From a virus: a DNA stretch of 64,000 nucleotides. The position numbers and the translations under genes were made by a program. Positions 29,337 through 38,226 of the stretch are shown here, piece after piece. Under the pieces are notes generated by a model. The model worked only from the letters and a program-made list of their open reading frames with translations, did no database searches and was not told where the DNA came from. The stretch is from IMG/VR virus record IMGVR_UViG_3300043353_000042, positions 1-64,000 of that record. One strand, 5' to 3'. How positions within the stretch are numbered: position 1 is the first letter of the stretch; every line of letters begins with the position of its first letter.

Positions 29337-30263
29337 ATGAAGGTCACGATCATCGACGGCAAGAACTTGCTTTGGCGCAACGCGGACGCGTTTAGCGAGC
29401 TGACTGCGCACGTCGACGGCGAAGAGCTTCGCACGGGCGGCATGTACGGCTTCATGGCCGGGCTCCTGCGCGTTCGATCGAAGTATCGCGCGCCCGTGAT
29501 CGTGGCATGGGAAGGCACCGACAATTTCCGCATGAAGCTGTGGCCCGATTACAAGCGTAAGCGCGTTGAAGACGCGACACCGGCGCAAGCAGAGCTGTCG
29601 CGCGAGGTCACGGCGAGTGAGTTTCGGCTGAACGAGCTCCTGTCGCACGCGGGCGTGCGTCAATACTACGGCGTCGAGTGCGAGGCCGATGACGTGATCG
29701 CAACGCTGGCGACGACGCTGCGACGTAAGAGCTTCGAGGTCACGATCTATACGGGCGACTCGGACTTGCGTCAGCTCGTCGGGCCGGGCGTCACGGTCGC
29801 ATCGCCGGGCTTTCGCAGTGGCGGTGATACACTGTATGACTTCCAAGCCGTGGTCGAGCGCTACGGCGTGCGACCGCGACAGCTGCCCGACCTGAAGGCG
29901 CTCGCGGGCGATAGTAGTGACGGCATCCCGGGCTTACCCGGCATCGGTGAAAAGACGGCGTCGGCGCTGATTGCGACGCTTGGCGGCTTGAAGGGCGTGA
30001 TCGACTGCGCGGGCGCGTTGCCGACTTCGAAGCACGGCGAGCGCTGGCCTGTGGCCGAGCGATTCCGTGGCGTCGTGACGCGCGACGCGAGCAAGGCCGA
30101 ACTCTTCTTGCAGCTGACCCGGGTAAAGACCGACGTGGGCGTGCGCCCGGTTCCGGTGGCGCTCGATCGCGAACAGGTGATTCGACTCTTGCGTGCGTAC
30201 AAGTTTCGCACCCTGTCGAGTGCTGCCGAGCTCTTGGAGATCTTGAGGTTGGGCCGTGATTGA
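29337..30263 (+). CDS. 5'-3' exonuclease / flap endonuclease
   Basis: IIDGKNLLWR, YKRKR, TGDSDLRQL and H3TH LAGDSSDGIPGLPGIGEKTA. Confidence 0.85.
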   Translation: MKVTIIDGKNLLWRNADAFSELTAHVDGEELRTGGMYGFMAGLLRVRSKYRAPVIVAWEGTDNFRMKLWPDYKRKRVEDATPAQAELSREVTASEFRLNELLSHAGVRQYYGVECEADDVIATLATTLRRKSFEVTIYTGDSDLRQLVGPGVTVASPGFRSGGDTLYDFQAVVERYGVRPRQLPDLKALAGDSSDGIPGLPGIGEKTASALIATLGGLKGVIDCAGALPTSKHGERWPVAERFRGVVTRDASKAELFLQLTRVKTDVGVRPVPVALDREQVIRLLRAYKFRTLSSAAELLEILRLGRD

Positions 30264-30855
30264 CGCTGCCGCCAAGGGAAGGCGCCTCGAACAGCTCGCC
30301 CTGTCGTGGCGCAGCTGCACCGATTGCGCGCTGTCAGGTTCGCGTCAGCGCGTTGTGTTCTACCGTGGCAATCCGAGCGCATCGATCGCGATCGTAGGCG
30401 AGGCGCCCGGACACGAAGAAGACGTGCGGGGTATTCCGTTCGTCGGCCCGGCCGGCAAGGTGATCGACGGGCTCTTGCGCGAGGCGAAAGTGTCTTTCGA
30501 CGACGTGTGCTTCGTGAACATGGTCGGCTGTCGACCTCCTGGCAATCGCGCGCCGAAGCGGGCCGAGCTCGTCGCGTGTGAACCGCGCACACTCGACATG
30601 CTCCGCACGGTCGATCCGGCTGTCGTGCTCATGCTCGGTCTGACCGCGGCGAAGCTCGCGGGCGTCACGTCGATCGGGCCATGGCGAGGCATGCCGGTTC
30701 GGGTCGAGCTCGGCAAGCAGCGGTCGTGCAGGGGCGTCGTTACCTATCATCCATCGTTCCTGTTGAGGCAGGGCAATAGCGCGCGCGTGCGACGACACAT
30801 GCTGTCGGACATCAAGGTCGCAAGGGCGATCGCGCGAAAGGATCGAAGCCAGTGA
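30256..30855 (+). CDS. family-4 uracil-DNA glycosylase
   Basis: CTDCAL...IVGEAPGHEEDVRGIPFVGPAGK...NMVGCRPPGNR...HPSFLLR. Confidence 0.85.
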   Translation: MIDAAAKGRRLEQLALSWRSCTDCALSGSRQRVVFYRGNPSASIAIVGEAPGHEEDVRGIPFVGPAGKVIDGLLREAKVSFDDVCFVNMVGCRPPGNRAPKRAELVACEPRTLDMLRTVDPAVVLMLGLTAAKLAGVTSIGPWRGMPVRVELGKQRSCRGVVTYHPSFLLRQGNSARVRRHMLSDIKVARAIARKDRSQ

Positions 30856-31460
30856 CCTACTCTGACGCCGACATCGCTTCCGCACTTGCTCGCGGGCATC
30901 GTGAACAGCAAGCTTGTGATGACGAGGCCGCGCGCGCGTTCGGCGGCAAAGGCGGCAACTGGATCCGTGTCGGACCGATCTACAAGGAACAGCTGCAGCC
31001 TGCCTCGATCGATCTGCGACTCGGGAACGAGTTCGTGCGCTTCAGCGCGTGCGAATGGGTCGACATGCGTGACCGGGCCGTGCCGACGCATCCGGTCAGC
31101 GTGGACATGGGTGGCGACGCGTACTTCGAGCTGAAGCCGAAAGAGCTCGTTCTCGGTACGACGATCGAGCGGGTCGAACTTGGGCCGCGCGTGTGCGCGA
31201 GCATCGAAGGCAAGTCGAGCCTAGGACGCATGGGCCTTGCTGTGCACGTGACGGCGGGCTTCGTTGATCCGGGCTTCAGGGGCCAGATCACACTTGAACT
31301 CTTCAACCTGTCGCCAAGCACGATCCGACTGCGTCCGGGCATGGCGGTGTGTCAGGTAGCGTTTTCGGAGTGCATCACGTGCGCTGCGCGGCCCTACGGT
31401 TCGCCCGGGCTCGGCAGTCGCTACCAGGATCAGACCGGCGCTGTGCCGGTGAAGCCGTGA
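30852..31460 (+). CDS. dcd: dCTP deaminase
   Basis: LQPASIDLRLG and EGKSSLGRMGLAVHVTAGFVDPGFRGQITLELFN. Confidence 0.85.
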   Translation: MTYSDADIASALARGHREQQACDDEAARAFGGKGGNWIRVGPIYKEQLQPASIDLRLGNEFVRFSACEWVDMRDRAVPTHPVSVDMGGDAYFELKPKELVLGTTIERVELGPRVCASIEGKSSLGRMGLAVHVTAGFVDPGFRGQITLELFNLSPSTIRLRPGMAVCQVAFSECITCAARPYGSPGLGSRYQDQTGAVPVKP

Positions 31461-31708
31461 CGACGGGTCGCGTTGGCTGGCTGCGCTTCAACGACAAGCC
31501 CTACATGACGGCGCCCGAACGGGGCGAGTTCAAGCGCCTGCGAGACGGCGGCGCGGTGACGGTCTTCGGAGTCCAAATCTGTGCGGCTGACGGCTGCGAG
31601 AACGAAGTGCCGCGGGACGTGAAGCTGTACTGCAGTCAAGCGTGTTGGCAGAAGGAAGAAGGCCGGACAGATGAAAAAGAAGAAGAAGCGAGCGGGTCAA
31701 TGGATTGA
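31457..31708 (+). CDS. hypothetical Cys-containing protein
   Basis: GTGA overlap with the dcd stop. 83 aa with CAADGCEN...YCSQAC. Confidence 0.35.
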   Translation: MTTGRVGWLRFNDKPYMTAPERGEFKRLRDGGAVTVFGVQICAADGCENEVPRDVKLYCSQACWQKEEGRTDEKEEEASGSMD

Positions 31709-31910
31709 CGACGTGTTGGGCGCGATAGGCCGAAACGTGCAGCTCGAAACGGGCGACGGCTCGTTTCGCGAGGGCCGCTTCACCGGCCTTGCCATGCGCG
31801 AGATCACGATCAACGGCGAGACGCGCGAAGTACCTGCCCGGGTCGAGCTCAATGGCGACCCGAGTGACTACGTCGATTTCGGGCTTATCACGCGCATGAT
31901 CATCGATTGA
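31671..31910 (+). CDS. hypothetical protein
   Basis: 79-aa ORF starting MKKKKKR. Confidence 0.4.
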   Translation: MKKKKKRAGQWIDDVLGAIGRNVQLETGDGSFREGRFTGLAMREITINGETREVPARVELNGDPSDYVDFGLITRMIID

Positions 31911-31930
31911 ATGCATGAAGGGGGCTCGGT

Positions 31931-32326
31931 TTGTCGAAGCTACGCGAAGCAGTTTCAAAGACCCACCTGAAGCGGCTCGCACAGGATGTTGTCGAGCCGA
32001 CGACGGAAGAGCGACGCACGATCCGACGGCACAGGCGCCGGGCGCGTGTCGCTGACGAACCGGTCAAGCTCGGCTCGCACCTGCCCGCCAACGGCAACGG
32101 AGGCGCACAGCATGCCACCGACGAGCCTGACGCCATACGTGAGGCGCGGACGCGCCTGCGCGCCATGATCGCGGCGGCGACCAAGGACGCGCCGAAGCCG
32201 TCAGTCGGGATCGTGCTGGCGATCGTGAACCAAGAGACAGGCAACCACGCGGCGGCGAACGCCCTGATCGACGAGTACGGGCTCGAACGGCTATTCGGTA
32301 TCAAGAAGTTCTGCCCAAATGCTTGA
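31931..32326 (+). CDS. hypothetical protein
   Basis: 131-aa ORF with TTG start. No motif recognised. Confidence 0.4.
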   Translation: MSKLREAVSKTHLKRLAQDVVEPTTEERRTIRRHRRRARVADEPVKLGSHLPANGNGGAQHATDEPDAIREARTRLRAMIAAATKDAPKPSVGIVLAIVNQETGNHAAANALIDEYGLERLFGIKKFCPNA

Positions 32327-32367
32327 CGCGTTGAAGCGAAGTGCTAGAGTTGAAGCGAAGGTAAGGT
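32321..32367 (+). promoter_or_regulatory. degenerate tandem copy of the promoter-cassette core (P1)
   Basis: GCGTTGAAGCGAAGTGCTAGAGTTGAAGCGAAGGTAAGGT then ATG 32368. GTTGAAGCGA occurs at 32330 and 32349. Spacing is atypical. Confidence 0.3.
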
Positions 32368-33321
32368 ATGCGGATTCAACATAGCTATCTGATGTGGGTG
32401 GGCGCAGACAACTACGAGACGATCTCGGAATATATCGACGAGGTGCGCAGACTCGGTGTGTCGAAGCGCCTTCCGGGCTTCGGCATGGCGAACGCCCTGC
32501 AAGCGCAGGGCGCGCTCGTCTACGTCGCACACGACGACGGCGAGGCGTACAGCTGCGACGCGTGCATGGGACAGGTCGAATGCAGCGAGTGCCGCACGTG
32601 GTCGCAGAAGATCGCCAAGTGGCAGGGCGAGGCCGACGCCGTGCGCAATCGGTACGAAGACGATGAAGAGACTCCGCGGGGCAAAGCGAGGATCATCGAG
32701 ATCCGGGAAGCTCGGATCGCGAACGCGCGCGCAGCCATGGCGAAGTGCGAGCTGTGCGAAGGCGAAGGCGCTTTCGAGTGTGGGACGGGCGGCTATGTCG
32801 TGCGCTCCGACCGGTCGCGCATGGACTATCGGACATACAATTATTGGATGCGACAGCCGCACAAGTTCGATGTCGCTCGTGAGGTCACCGAGAAGCACAT
32901 GTGTGAAGAGTGCGGCGGTACAGGCAAGCGTCCGGCTGCGCTCGTGTTCGGTGCGTTCGTTCCTGAAATCGAGGTCGTGGTCAGTGGTCGCGAGCACGAG
33001 ATCGTGCGGGAACAGATCGAGAAATTCGCGAAACGCGTCAGCTTGGCCGCTGTCGCGAAGGAACCCGAGCGCAAGGGCGGTCGACGCGAACCCGGCTACT
33101 ACGCGGTTGCGAAGTCCGGCAAGCCGAGCAAGGGCGCCATCGCAGTCGCAAGGGAACTCGTGACGCTGCGCGCCGTGAAGGGCGAGCCTGAAGTGCTGGG
33201 CGATTTCGTACTGTTCGGAAAGCCAGTCAAGGTCGACGCGCTGAAGCGGTTTCGCGGTGTGAAGCGATTTAGCCTCGTCAAGGTCGACGCCGAAGGCTTT
33301 CGCGCGGAATTGGGCGCCTGA
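32368..33321 (+). CDS. protein with DnaJ-type CxxCxGxG zinc-finger-like repeats
   Basis: CDACMGQVECSEC, CELCEGEGAFEC, CEECGGTGKR. Confidence 0.5.
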   Translation: MRIQHSYLMWVGADNYETISEYIDEVRRLGVSKRLPGFGMANALQAQGALVYVAHDDGEAYSCDACMGQVECSECRTWSQKIAKWQGEADAVRNRYEDDEETPRGKARIIEIREARIANARAAMAKCELCEGEGAFECGTGGYVVRSDRSRMDYRTYNYWMRQPHKFDVAREVTEKHMCEECGGTGKRPAALVFGAFVPEIEVVVSGREHEIVREQIEKFAKRVSLAAVAKEPERKGGRREPGYYAVAKSGKPSKGAIAVARELVTLRAVKGEPEVLGDFVLFGKPVKVDALKRFRGVKRFSLVKVDAEGFRAELGA

Positions 33322-33337
33322 AGGCCGCCAAGATGGT

Positions 33338-33355
33338 CGGGTAAGTGTGTGAACG
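33338..33355 (-). repeat. isolated iteron copy upstream of parB-like gene 1
   Basis: CGGGTAAGTGTGTGAACG, same variant as 47750-47766. Half-site CGTTCACACACTG at about 33524. Confidence 0.6.
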
Positions 33356-33450
33356 AATGCGGCTAGTCCGTATTCGTGCCGTCCTACTTCGCTACGTCGT
33401 GCGGTGAATCACCACGGGTGATTTGCTACGTTCCCAGTCGGCTACTGCGC

Positions 33451-33545
33451 GCAGACTTTGCGAAACACGCAGACTTTGCAGACTCAATGTGTCGAACGTG
33501 TCGTGTCCCCATGACATGGCTCCGCGTTCACACACTGTAGTCTGC
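33451..33545. promoter_or_regulatory. GCAGACT repeats, operator-like (3 direct, 1 inverted)
   Basis: GCAGACTTTGC at 33451 and 33469, GCAGACTC at 33478, inverted AGTCTGC at 33539. Lies in a 459-bp non-coding gap before parB-like 1. Confidence 0.4.
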
Positions 33546-33780
33546 GCAACATTTTATTGCCTTCATGCGAGTTCTGGGTAATCTCTGGACTCTCGTTATT
33601 GAAGGCTCGTGCGTGCGATAGTTGCGAGGGGGCGCAGGACTCTGCGTTCGATCGATGCACACGAACGGTTGACCTCACGGGACTTCAGGGACACGGCAAG
33701 CTATTTGCACTGCGTGACCCTTTCTGCCGAAAAGAGCTTTCGGCAACGCCCGGCTAAACGACCTGGAAAGGCGAAATGAT

Positions 33781-34623
33781 ATGTCTGTGAAGCGTGGGAC
33801 CTTGTTTAGGTTCGATCCGGACGAGCTTATCGTCATCGGACTCGATACAAAGGACGGCCCGGAGCACGAATTGTGGGATGAACGGATTCATCTTCCGCTT
33901 GAAGAGTCGATGGTGATGAACATCATGACGTTTGGCGTGAAAGAGACGGTCACACTCCGTAAGGGGTCAAAGGGATACGAGGTCGTCAATGGTCGGCGTC
34001 GTGTTCTTCACGCTCGCGAGGCGAATAAGCGCCTCAAGAAGACGGGCGAACCACGTGTGCGCGTCCCTGCGACCGTCGAGTCGGGCGACGAAATGCACAT
34101 GGAAAAGCTCACAATTTCGCTAAATGAGATTCGGCGCGACGACGACACGCTCACAAAGGCCGAGAAGTGCATGCGACTGCTTCATCGCAACGGCGGAGAC
34201 TACAAGGACGCAGCCCTCGTCTTCGGAGTGTCGGTCGCGGCGATCAAGAATTGGGCCAAGGTCGCCGAGCTAACTCCGAAGGTGAAGAAGGCCGTAGCGG
34301 CGGGCGAGATAAGTGCTTCGGCGGCGGCGGAGCTTCACGGGCTCGATAAGGACGACCAGATCGCCAAGCTTGACAAGCTCGTCGGCAACGCCAAGGCAAG
34401 CGGACGGAAGAAGACCACGGTATCGAAGGTCAAAAAGGAGACGGGCCATCGGGTCACCGTGTCGAAGCGCGTGCTGTTGAAGATTGTCACCGATCAACAG
34501 CTGGCGACGAGCGTTCATGCAGAGATGCTCTCTGGGATAAAGCTCGCGCTGGGCGTGTACGTCCCGCCCGAGACAACGAAGCTCGGAAAGCTCCTGATAC
34601 AGGCGGGATTCAAGTACGACTGA
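33781..34623 (+). CDS. ParB/KorB-like DNA-binding protein, paralog 1
   Basis: ParB N-terminal arginine patch VVNGRRRVLHAREA. HTH-like VFGVSVAAIKNWAK. Confidence 0.75.
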   Translation: MSVKRGTLFRFDPDELIVIGLDTKDGPEHELWDERIHLPLEESMVMNIMTFGVKETVTLRKGSKGYEVVNGRRRVLHAREANKRLKKTGEPRVRVPATVESGDEMHMEKLTISLNEIRRDDDTLTKAEKCMRLLHRNGGDYKDAALVFGVSVAAIKNWAKVAELTPKVKKAVAAGEISASAAAELHGLDKDDQIAKLDKLVGNAKASGRKKTTVSKVKKETGHRVTVSKRVLLKIVTDQQLATSVHAEMLSGIKLALGVYVPPETTKLGKLLIQAGFKYD

Positions 34624-34716
34624 CCCCTACGGGCGAGGTGAGCAGGCAAAGAAGAAAGAAGCTTTCGTCGCGAAAGCCTCTTTCGGCCGACATCGTCTCA
34701 CCTATGCCTACATCGC

Positions 34717-34751
34717 AAAGGCGTTGCGTTGAAGCGAACCCCTGCTAGTGT
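34717..34751 (+). promoter_or_regulatory. promoter cassette class I (P2)
   Basis: AAAGGCGTTGCGTTGAAGCGAACCCCTGCTAGTGT, 9 nt before GTG 34761. Confidence 0.55.
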
Positions 34752-34760
34752 CTGAGAGCC

Positions 34761-35243
34761 GTGTCAGTCAGCTTCATCGTTGACGTTGAAGTCCCGCGCA
34801 TACCGCGCCTCGAGCCATGTTTGTGCGCACAGATGGCTCCGCTGTGGAGTGCGATCTTTCAGGGCGACAGCGACGATTGGGACTCGTTGCGCGAGCATGC
34901 CAGTCCGGGCTGTGCGAGCTGCAAGGGAACAGGCGCCGAGAGGGTTGAGCACGACGAGCGCCCGCAAGTGAACTTCGCGAACGAGAACGCACACATCGTC
35001 GCGCTCGCGCTTGGAATCGACCTCGACGGCGGGCATGGAAGCATGGAGCTCGCCACCTTGCGCCGTGGACTGATTCGGGCCCGCAACGTGACTACCCCGG
35101 ACGAACTACGGGCTTACGAGTCGACCGGCCGAGTCTTTGTCCGAGGCTATGACCGGGCCGACCTCGACGCGGCGCTGACGCGCTTGCAAGGGCTCGTCGA
35201 AGCGGCGCAGCGAATCGGGGCGACTCGTATTCTGTGGCAGTAG
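34761..35243 (+). CDS. hypothetical protein
   Basis: 160-aa ORF directly behind P2. CASCKGTG motif. Confidence 0.5.
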   Translation: MSVSFIVDVEVPRIPRLEPCLCAQMAPLWSAIFQGDSDDWDSLREHASPGCASCKGTGAERVEHDERPQVNFANENAHIVALALGIDLDGGHGSMELATLRRGLIRARNVTTPDELRAYESTGRVFVRGYDRADLDAALTRLQGLVEAAQRIGATRILWQ

Positions 35244-35280
35244 GGCCGCGGCGCTCGCTGATGGGCGTTACTTGGCCGGC

Positions 35281-35601
35281 ATGCTCAGGACGCTATCTAG
35301 TGCGACATGTCGGATTGTGCACGGGCTGTGGGGCGCGGGCATGGCCGTGCGGCACGACGGCGGCACGTTGAAAGATGCTTTGGCGACATACCGCCTACTC
35401 GTCTCGGAGCACACCGAGGGTTTGACCGTCGCGGAAGCGTTCGCGATCGCGAGCAAGGCGCATGTGTACAAGATCGATCCGTTCGATCTGTGGATGGTGC
35501 TCGACGGCTATCACTGCGACGACCTTGACCATGCGGTGCTGAAGACACTCGAAATGAAGGCGCTGTACGACGCGCCGCCGACGATCGGGTCGGTGAACTG
35601 A
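35281..35601 (+). CDS. hypothetical protein
   Basis: ATG 35281 within ORF 35272..35601. Confidence 0.45.
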   Translation: MLRTLSSATCRIVHGLWGAGMAVRHDGGTLKDALATYRLLVSEHTEGLTVAEAFAIASKAHVYKIDPFDLWMVLDGYHCDDLDHAVLKTLEMKALYDAPPTIGSVN

Positions 35602-35637
35602 AAAAGTTGTTGCGTTGAAGCGCGCGCCTGCTAATCT
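35601..35637 (+). promoter_or_regulatory. promoter cassette class I (P3)
   Basis: AAAAAGTTGTTGCGTTGAAGCGCGCGCCTGCTAATCT. Leader begins GTACCTTGTCAGCAGCAAGG. Confidence 0.6.
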
Positions 35638-35672
35638 GTACCTTGTCAGCAGCAAGGAACGGGTAGCCAAGA

Positions 35673-35999
35673 ATGTCGATACGTATAGCCGATATGATTA
35701 GTGCGCAAATTGGACAGCGCGCGTTCGTGATGATGGGCGCGACGAATTTGCTCGGTGGCGAGAGTCACTTGCAGTTCAAGATCGGCTCAAACGGCAAGAA
35801 GGTTACCCACGTGACGGTGACGCTGACCGGCGACGATCTCTACACCGTGCGCTTCGATCGGGTCACGAAAATAGGCTTCAACGCGAAGACAGGCGCGACG
35901 ACGGGCGGAGTGAAGATGCTTCGCGAGGTCGAGTCAGTGTCAGTGGATCAACTGCGCAACGTGATCTCGGACAATACGGGCATGTACCTGTCGCTGTGA
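35673..35999 (+). CDS. hypothetical protein
   Basis: 108-aa ORF behind P3. Confidence 0.55.
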   Translation: MSIRIADMISAQIGQRAFVMMGATNLLGGESHLQFKIGSNGKKVTHVTVTLTGDDLYTVRFDRVTKIGFNAKTGATTGGVKMLREVESVSVDQLRNVISDNTGMYLSL

Positions 36000-36133
36000 A
36001 CCAAAGCAGACCAACCGCGGAAAGTTTCTTCCGAGTCTGGCTTGCGAAATCTCGATCTTCGGGCCATCGATAAGCCTTGTGGCGCGTAACCTAGCCCGCA
36101 CACACGATGGAAGAACCCGAGGAGTCGGTAATC

Positions 36134-36994
36134 ATGGCAGCTGCAATTATGCCGGTAAAACGTGGAAATCTGTATCAGTTCGATCCCAACGAGCCAGTGA
36201 TTGTCGGACTCGACACAAAGGACGGGCCCGAACACGAGCTTTGGGACGAGCGGATCCGGCTGCCGCTCGAAGAATCCATGGTGCTAAACATCATGGCGGT
36301 CGGCGTCAAAGAGACTGTGATCTTGCGCCTCAACAAGGGGGCCTCGCGTTACGAGGTCGTCGACGGCCGTGGTCGCATTCGCCACGCTCGCGAGGCGAAT
36401 AAGCGCCTAAAGAAGCTAGGCGAAGAGCTCGTGTATGTGCCGGCGCTTCTCGAACAGGGCGACGAAACGCACATGGCCGGGCTCGCGATCTCGCTGAATG
36501 AGATTCGACGCGACGACGACACGCTCACAAAGGCCGAGAAGTGCATGCGGCTCTTGCAGCGCAATGGCGGCGATCACAAGGCCGCGGCGATCGTCTTCGG
36601 CGTGTCGGTCGCGGCGATCAAGAATTGGGCCAAGGTTGCCGAGCTGACGCCGAAGGTCAAGCGAGCGGTCGCGAACGGCGAGATCAGCGCGTCAGCGGCG
36701 GCCGAGCTGCACGGACTCGAAAAGGAGGCGCAGATCGCCAAGCTCGATAAGCTCGTCGGGCACGCCAAGGCGAACGGGCGCAAGAAGGCGACCACGGCGA
36801 GCGCGAAGAAGGAGACGGGCAAGCGTACCGCGGTGCCGAAGCGCGTCTTGCTGAAGCTCGTAGGCGACGAAGAGCTGTCTTCGGGCGTGCCGCCTGAAGT
36901 CATTTTCGGGATCAAGCTCGCGCTCGGCTCACACCTGCCCGGGGAAACGTCGAAACTTGGAAAGTTGCTTGTGCAGGCGGGTTTCAAATACTAG
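36134..36994 (+). CDS. ParB/KorB-like DNA-binding protein, paralog 2
   Basis: Largely collinear with paralog 1, with long identical DNA stretches. Arginine patch altered to VVDGRGRIRHAREA. GGAG lies 8 nt before ATG 36134. Confidence 0.75.
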   Translation: MAAAIMPVKRGNLYQFDPNEPVIVGLDTKDGPEHELWDERIRLPLEESMVLNIMAVGVKETVILRLNKGASRYEVVDGRGRIRHAREANKRLKKLGEELVYVPALLEQGDETHMAGLAISLNEIRRDDDTLTKAEKCMRLLQRNGGDHKAAAIVFGVSVAAIKNWAKVAELTPKVKRAVANGEISASAAAELHGLEKEAQIAKLDKLVGHAKANGRKKATTASAKKETGKRTAVPKRVLLKLVGDEELSSGVPPEVIFGIKLALGSHLPGETSKLGKLLVQAGFKY

Positions 36995-37006
36995 AACGGT
37001 TCGCGC

Positions 37007-37063
37007 CTCGCGAGGATAGCGGCGTCTTGCTGCCCCCCTGCAGGTGGTCGCTATCCTCGCGGG
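37007..37063 (+). terminator. 13-bp perfect-stem hairpin after parB-like 2
   Basis: CGCGAGGATAGCG (37009-37021) pairs with CGCTATCCTCGCG (37049-37061), 27-nt loop. Confidence 0.45.
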
Positions 37064-37081
37064 GCACGAATCAGGAAAGGG

Positions 37082-37113
37082 TAGGGCGAGGTGCTTTGCG
37101 GCATCTCGCCCTA
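37082..37113 (+). terminator. 9-bp perfect-stem hairpin before the ligase gene
   Basis: TAGGGCGAG (37082-37090) pairs with CTCGCCCTA (37105-37113). Confidence 0.35.
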
Positions 37114-37136
37114 GCCATTTGTGAGGGGCCCGAACG

Positions 37137-38060
37137 ATGACGACCACAACGCGCTTTCGCCCCATGCTCGCGCCGTCCAAGTCGATCGATCCGGCCACGC
37201 TGACCTACCCCGTTTTCGCGAGTCCCAAGTACGACGGGATCCGCTGCGTCATACGCGACGGGCGCGCCATGTCCCGGTCGCTCAAGCCGATCCCGAACAA
37301 GCACATACGTGGCGCGCTCGAAGCCCTCGGACCGGACGCGGAGGGCCTCGACGGGGAAATCATGCTGCCGTATCCGGCGAAGTTCCCCGCGGTCAGTAGC
37401 GCGGTCATGGCGTTCGACATGCCGCCCCCTGCAGACTGGTTTTTCGTCGTGTTCGATCGCGTGCCTTTGCTCGCGACCGAGCCGTTTTCGTCGCGCTCGA
37501 ACGACGTCAAGCGCACCGTCGAAAAGCACGCATGGCCGCACATCGTCGTGTGTGAACAGCTATGGATCGACGCGCGCGAAACGCTCGACGACTACGAGGC
37601 GAAGGCGGTCGAGGCCGGGCACGAAGGGGTCATGTTGCGCGCGTTCAATGGCCCCTACAAGTTCGGGCGGGCCACGGAGCGGGAAGGGTACCTGTTCAAG
37701 CTGAAGCGCTTCACAGACAGCGAGGCAGAGATCGTCGGTGTGCTCGAAATGCAGCACAACAACAACGTGGCCTTCGTCGGCGAGCTCGGACAGACGAAGC
37801 GGCGCACGCTGAAGGAAGGCAAGGTCGACGGCGGCGTGATGGGCAAGCTCGTCGTGCGCGACCTGAAGAGCGGCGTCGAGTTCAAGATCGGCACGGGCTT
37901 CGACGCGAAGCAGCGCGCGCTCTGGTGGCGCTGTCGCGACATCCTAATCGGCCGGGTCGTGCGCTACCGCTATCAGGAGCACGGCCAGAAGGACAAGCCG
38001 AGGATCGCGAGCTTCCAAGGCTTCCGAGATCGGCGCGACATGGGTCCGGTCGGCGAGTGA
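37137..38060 (+). CDS. ATP-dependent DNA ligase
   Basis: Adenylation motif I SPKYDGIRC (KxDG), motif IV EGVMLR, motif V LFKLKRF. OB-fold C-terminus. Confidence 0.85.
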   Translation: MTTTTRFRPMLAPSKSIDPATLTYPVFASPKYDGIRCVIRDGRAMSRSLKPIPNKHIRGALEALGPDAEGLDGEIMLPYPAKFPAVSSAVMAFDMPPPADWFFVVFDRVPLLATEPFSSRSNDVKRTVEKHAWPHIVVCEQLWIDARETLDDYEAKAVEAGHEGVMLRAFNGPYKFGRATEREGYLFKLKRFTDSEAEIVGVLEMQHNNNVAFVGELGQTKRRTLKEGKVDGGVMGKLVVRDLKSGVEFKIGTGFDAKQRALWWRCRDILIGRVVRYRYQEHGQKDKPRIASFQGFRDRRDMGPVGE

Positions 38061-38226
38061 CTTGGCACGATTCTCCGGCCCCGGGCTGCCCGGTAGGGAC
38101 GCCCAGATAGCTAGCGTTTGGCGCGTACGCTGGACGCGTACATTCGCGCTAAATAATGCTCGAAAAGTTGTTGCGTTGAAGCGAAACGATGCTAATCTAT
38201 ATCTTGTCAGCAACGAACAACGGAGC
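38058..38226 (+). repeat. long repeat LR1 (stop codon, hairpin, GCGTAC palindromes, A/T patch, promoter, leader)
   Basis: About 169 bp, near-identical to 39652-39820. First ~130 bp also match 41625-41754. Begins at the TGA of the ligase gene. Confidence 0.9.
38162..38198 (+). promoter_or_regulatory. promoter cassette class I (P4)
   Basis: GAAAAGTTGTTGCGTTGAAGCGAAACGATGCTAATCT. Leader ATATCTTGTCAGCAACGAACAACGGAGC. Confidence 0.6.

Noticed and set aside
38061-38077. Sigma-54-like -24 element TTGGCACG at the start of each long repeat (also 39655 and 41628)
   Set aside because: The -12 position reads TCCG instead of TTGC, so there is no GC at the correct spacing. The match is only half a consensus.
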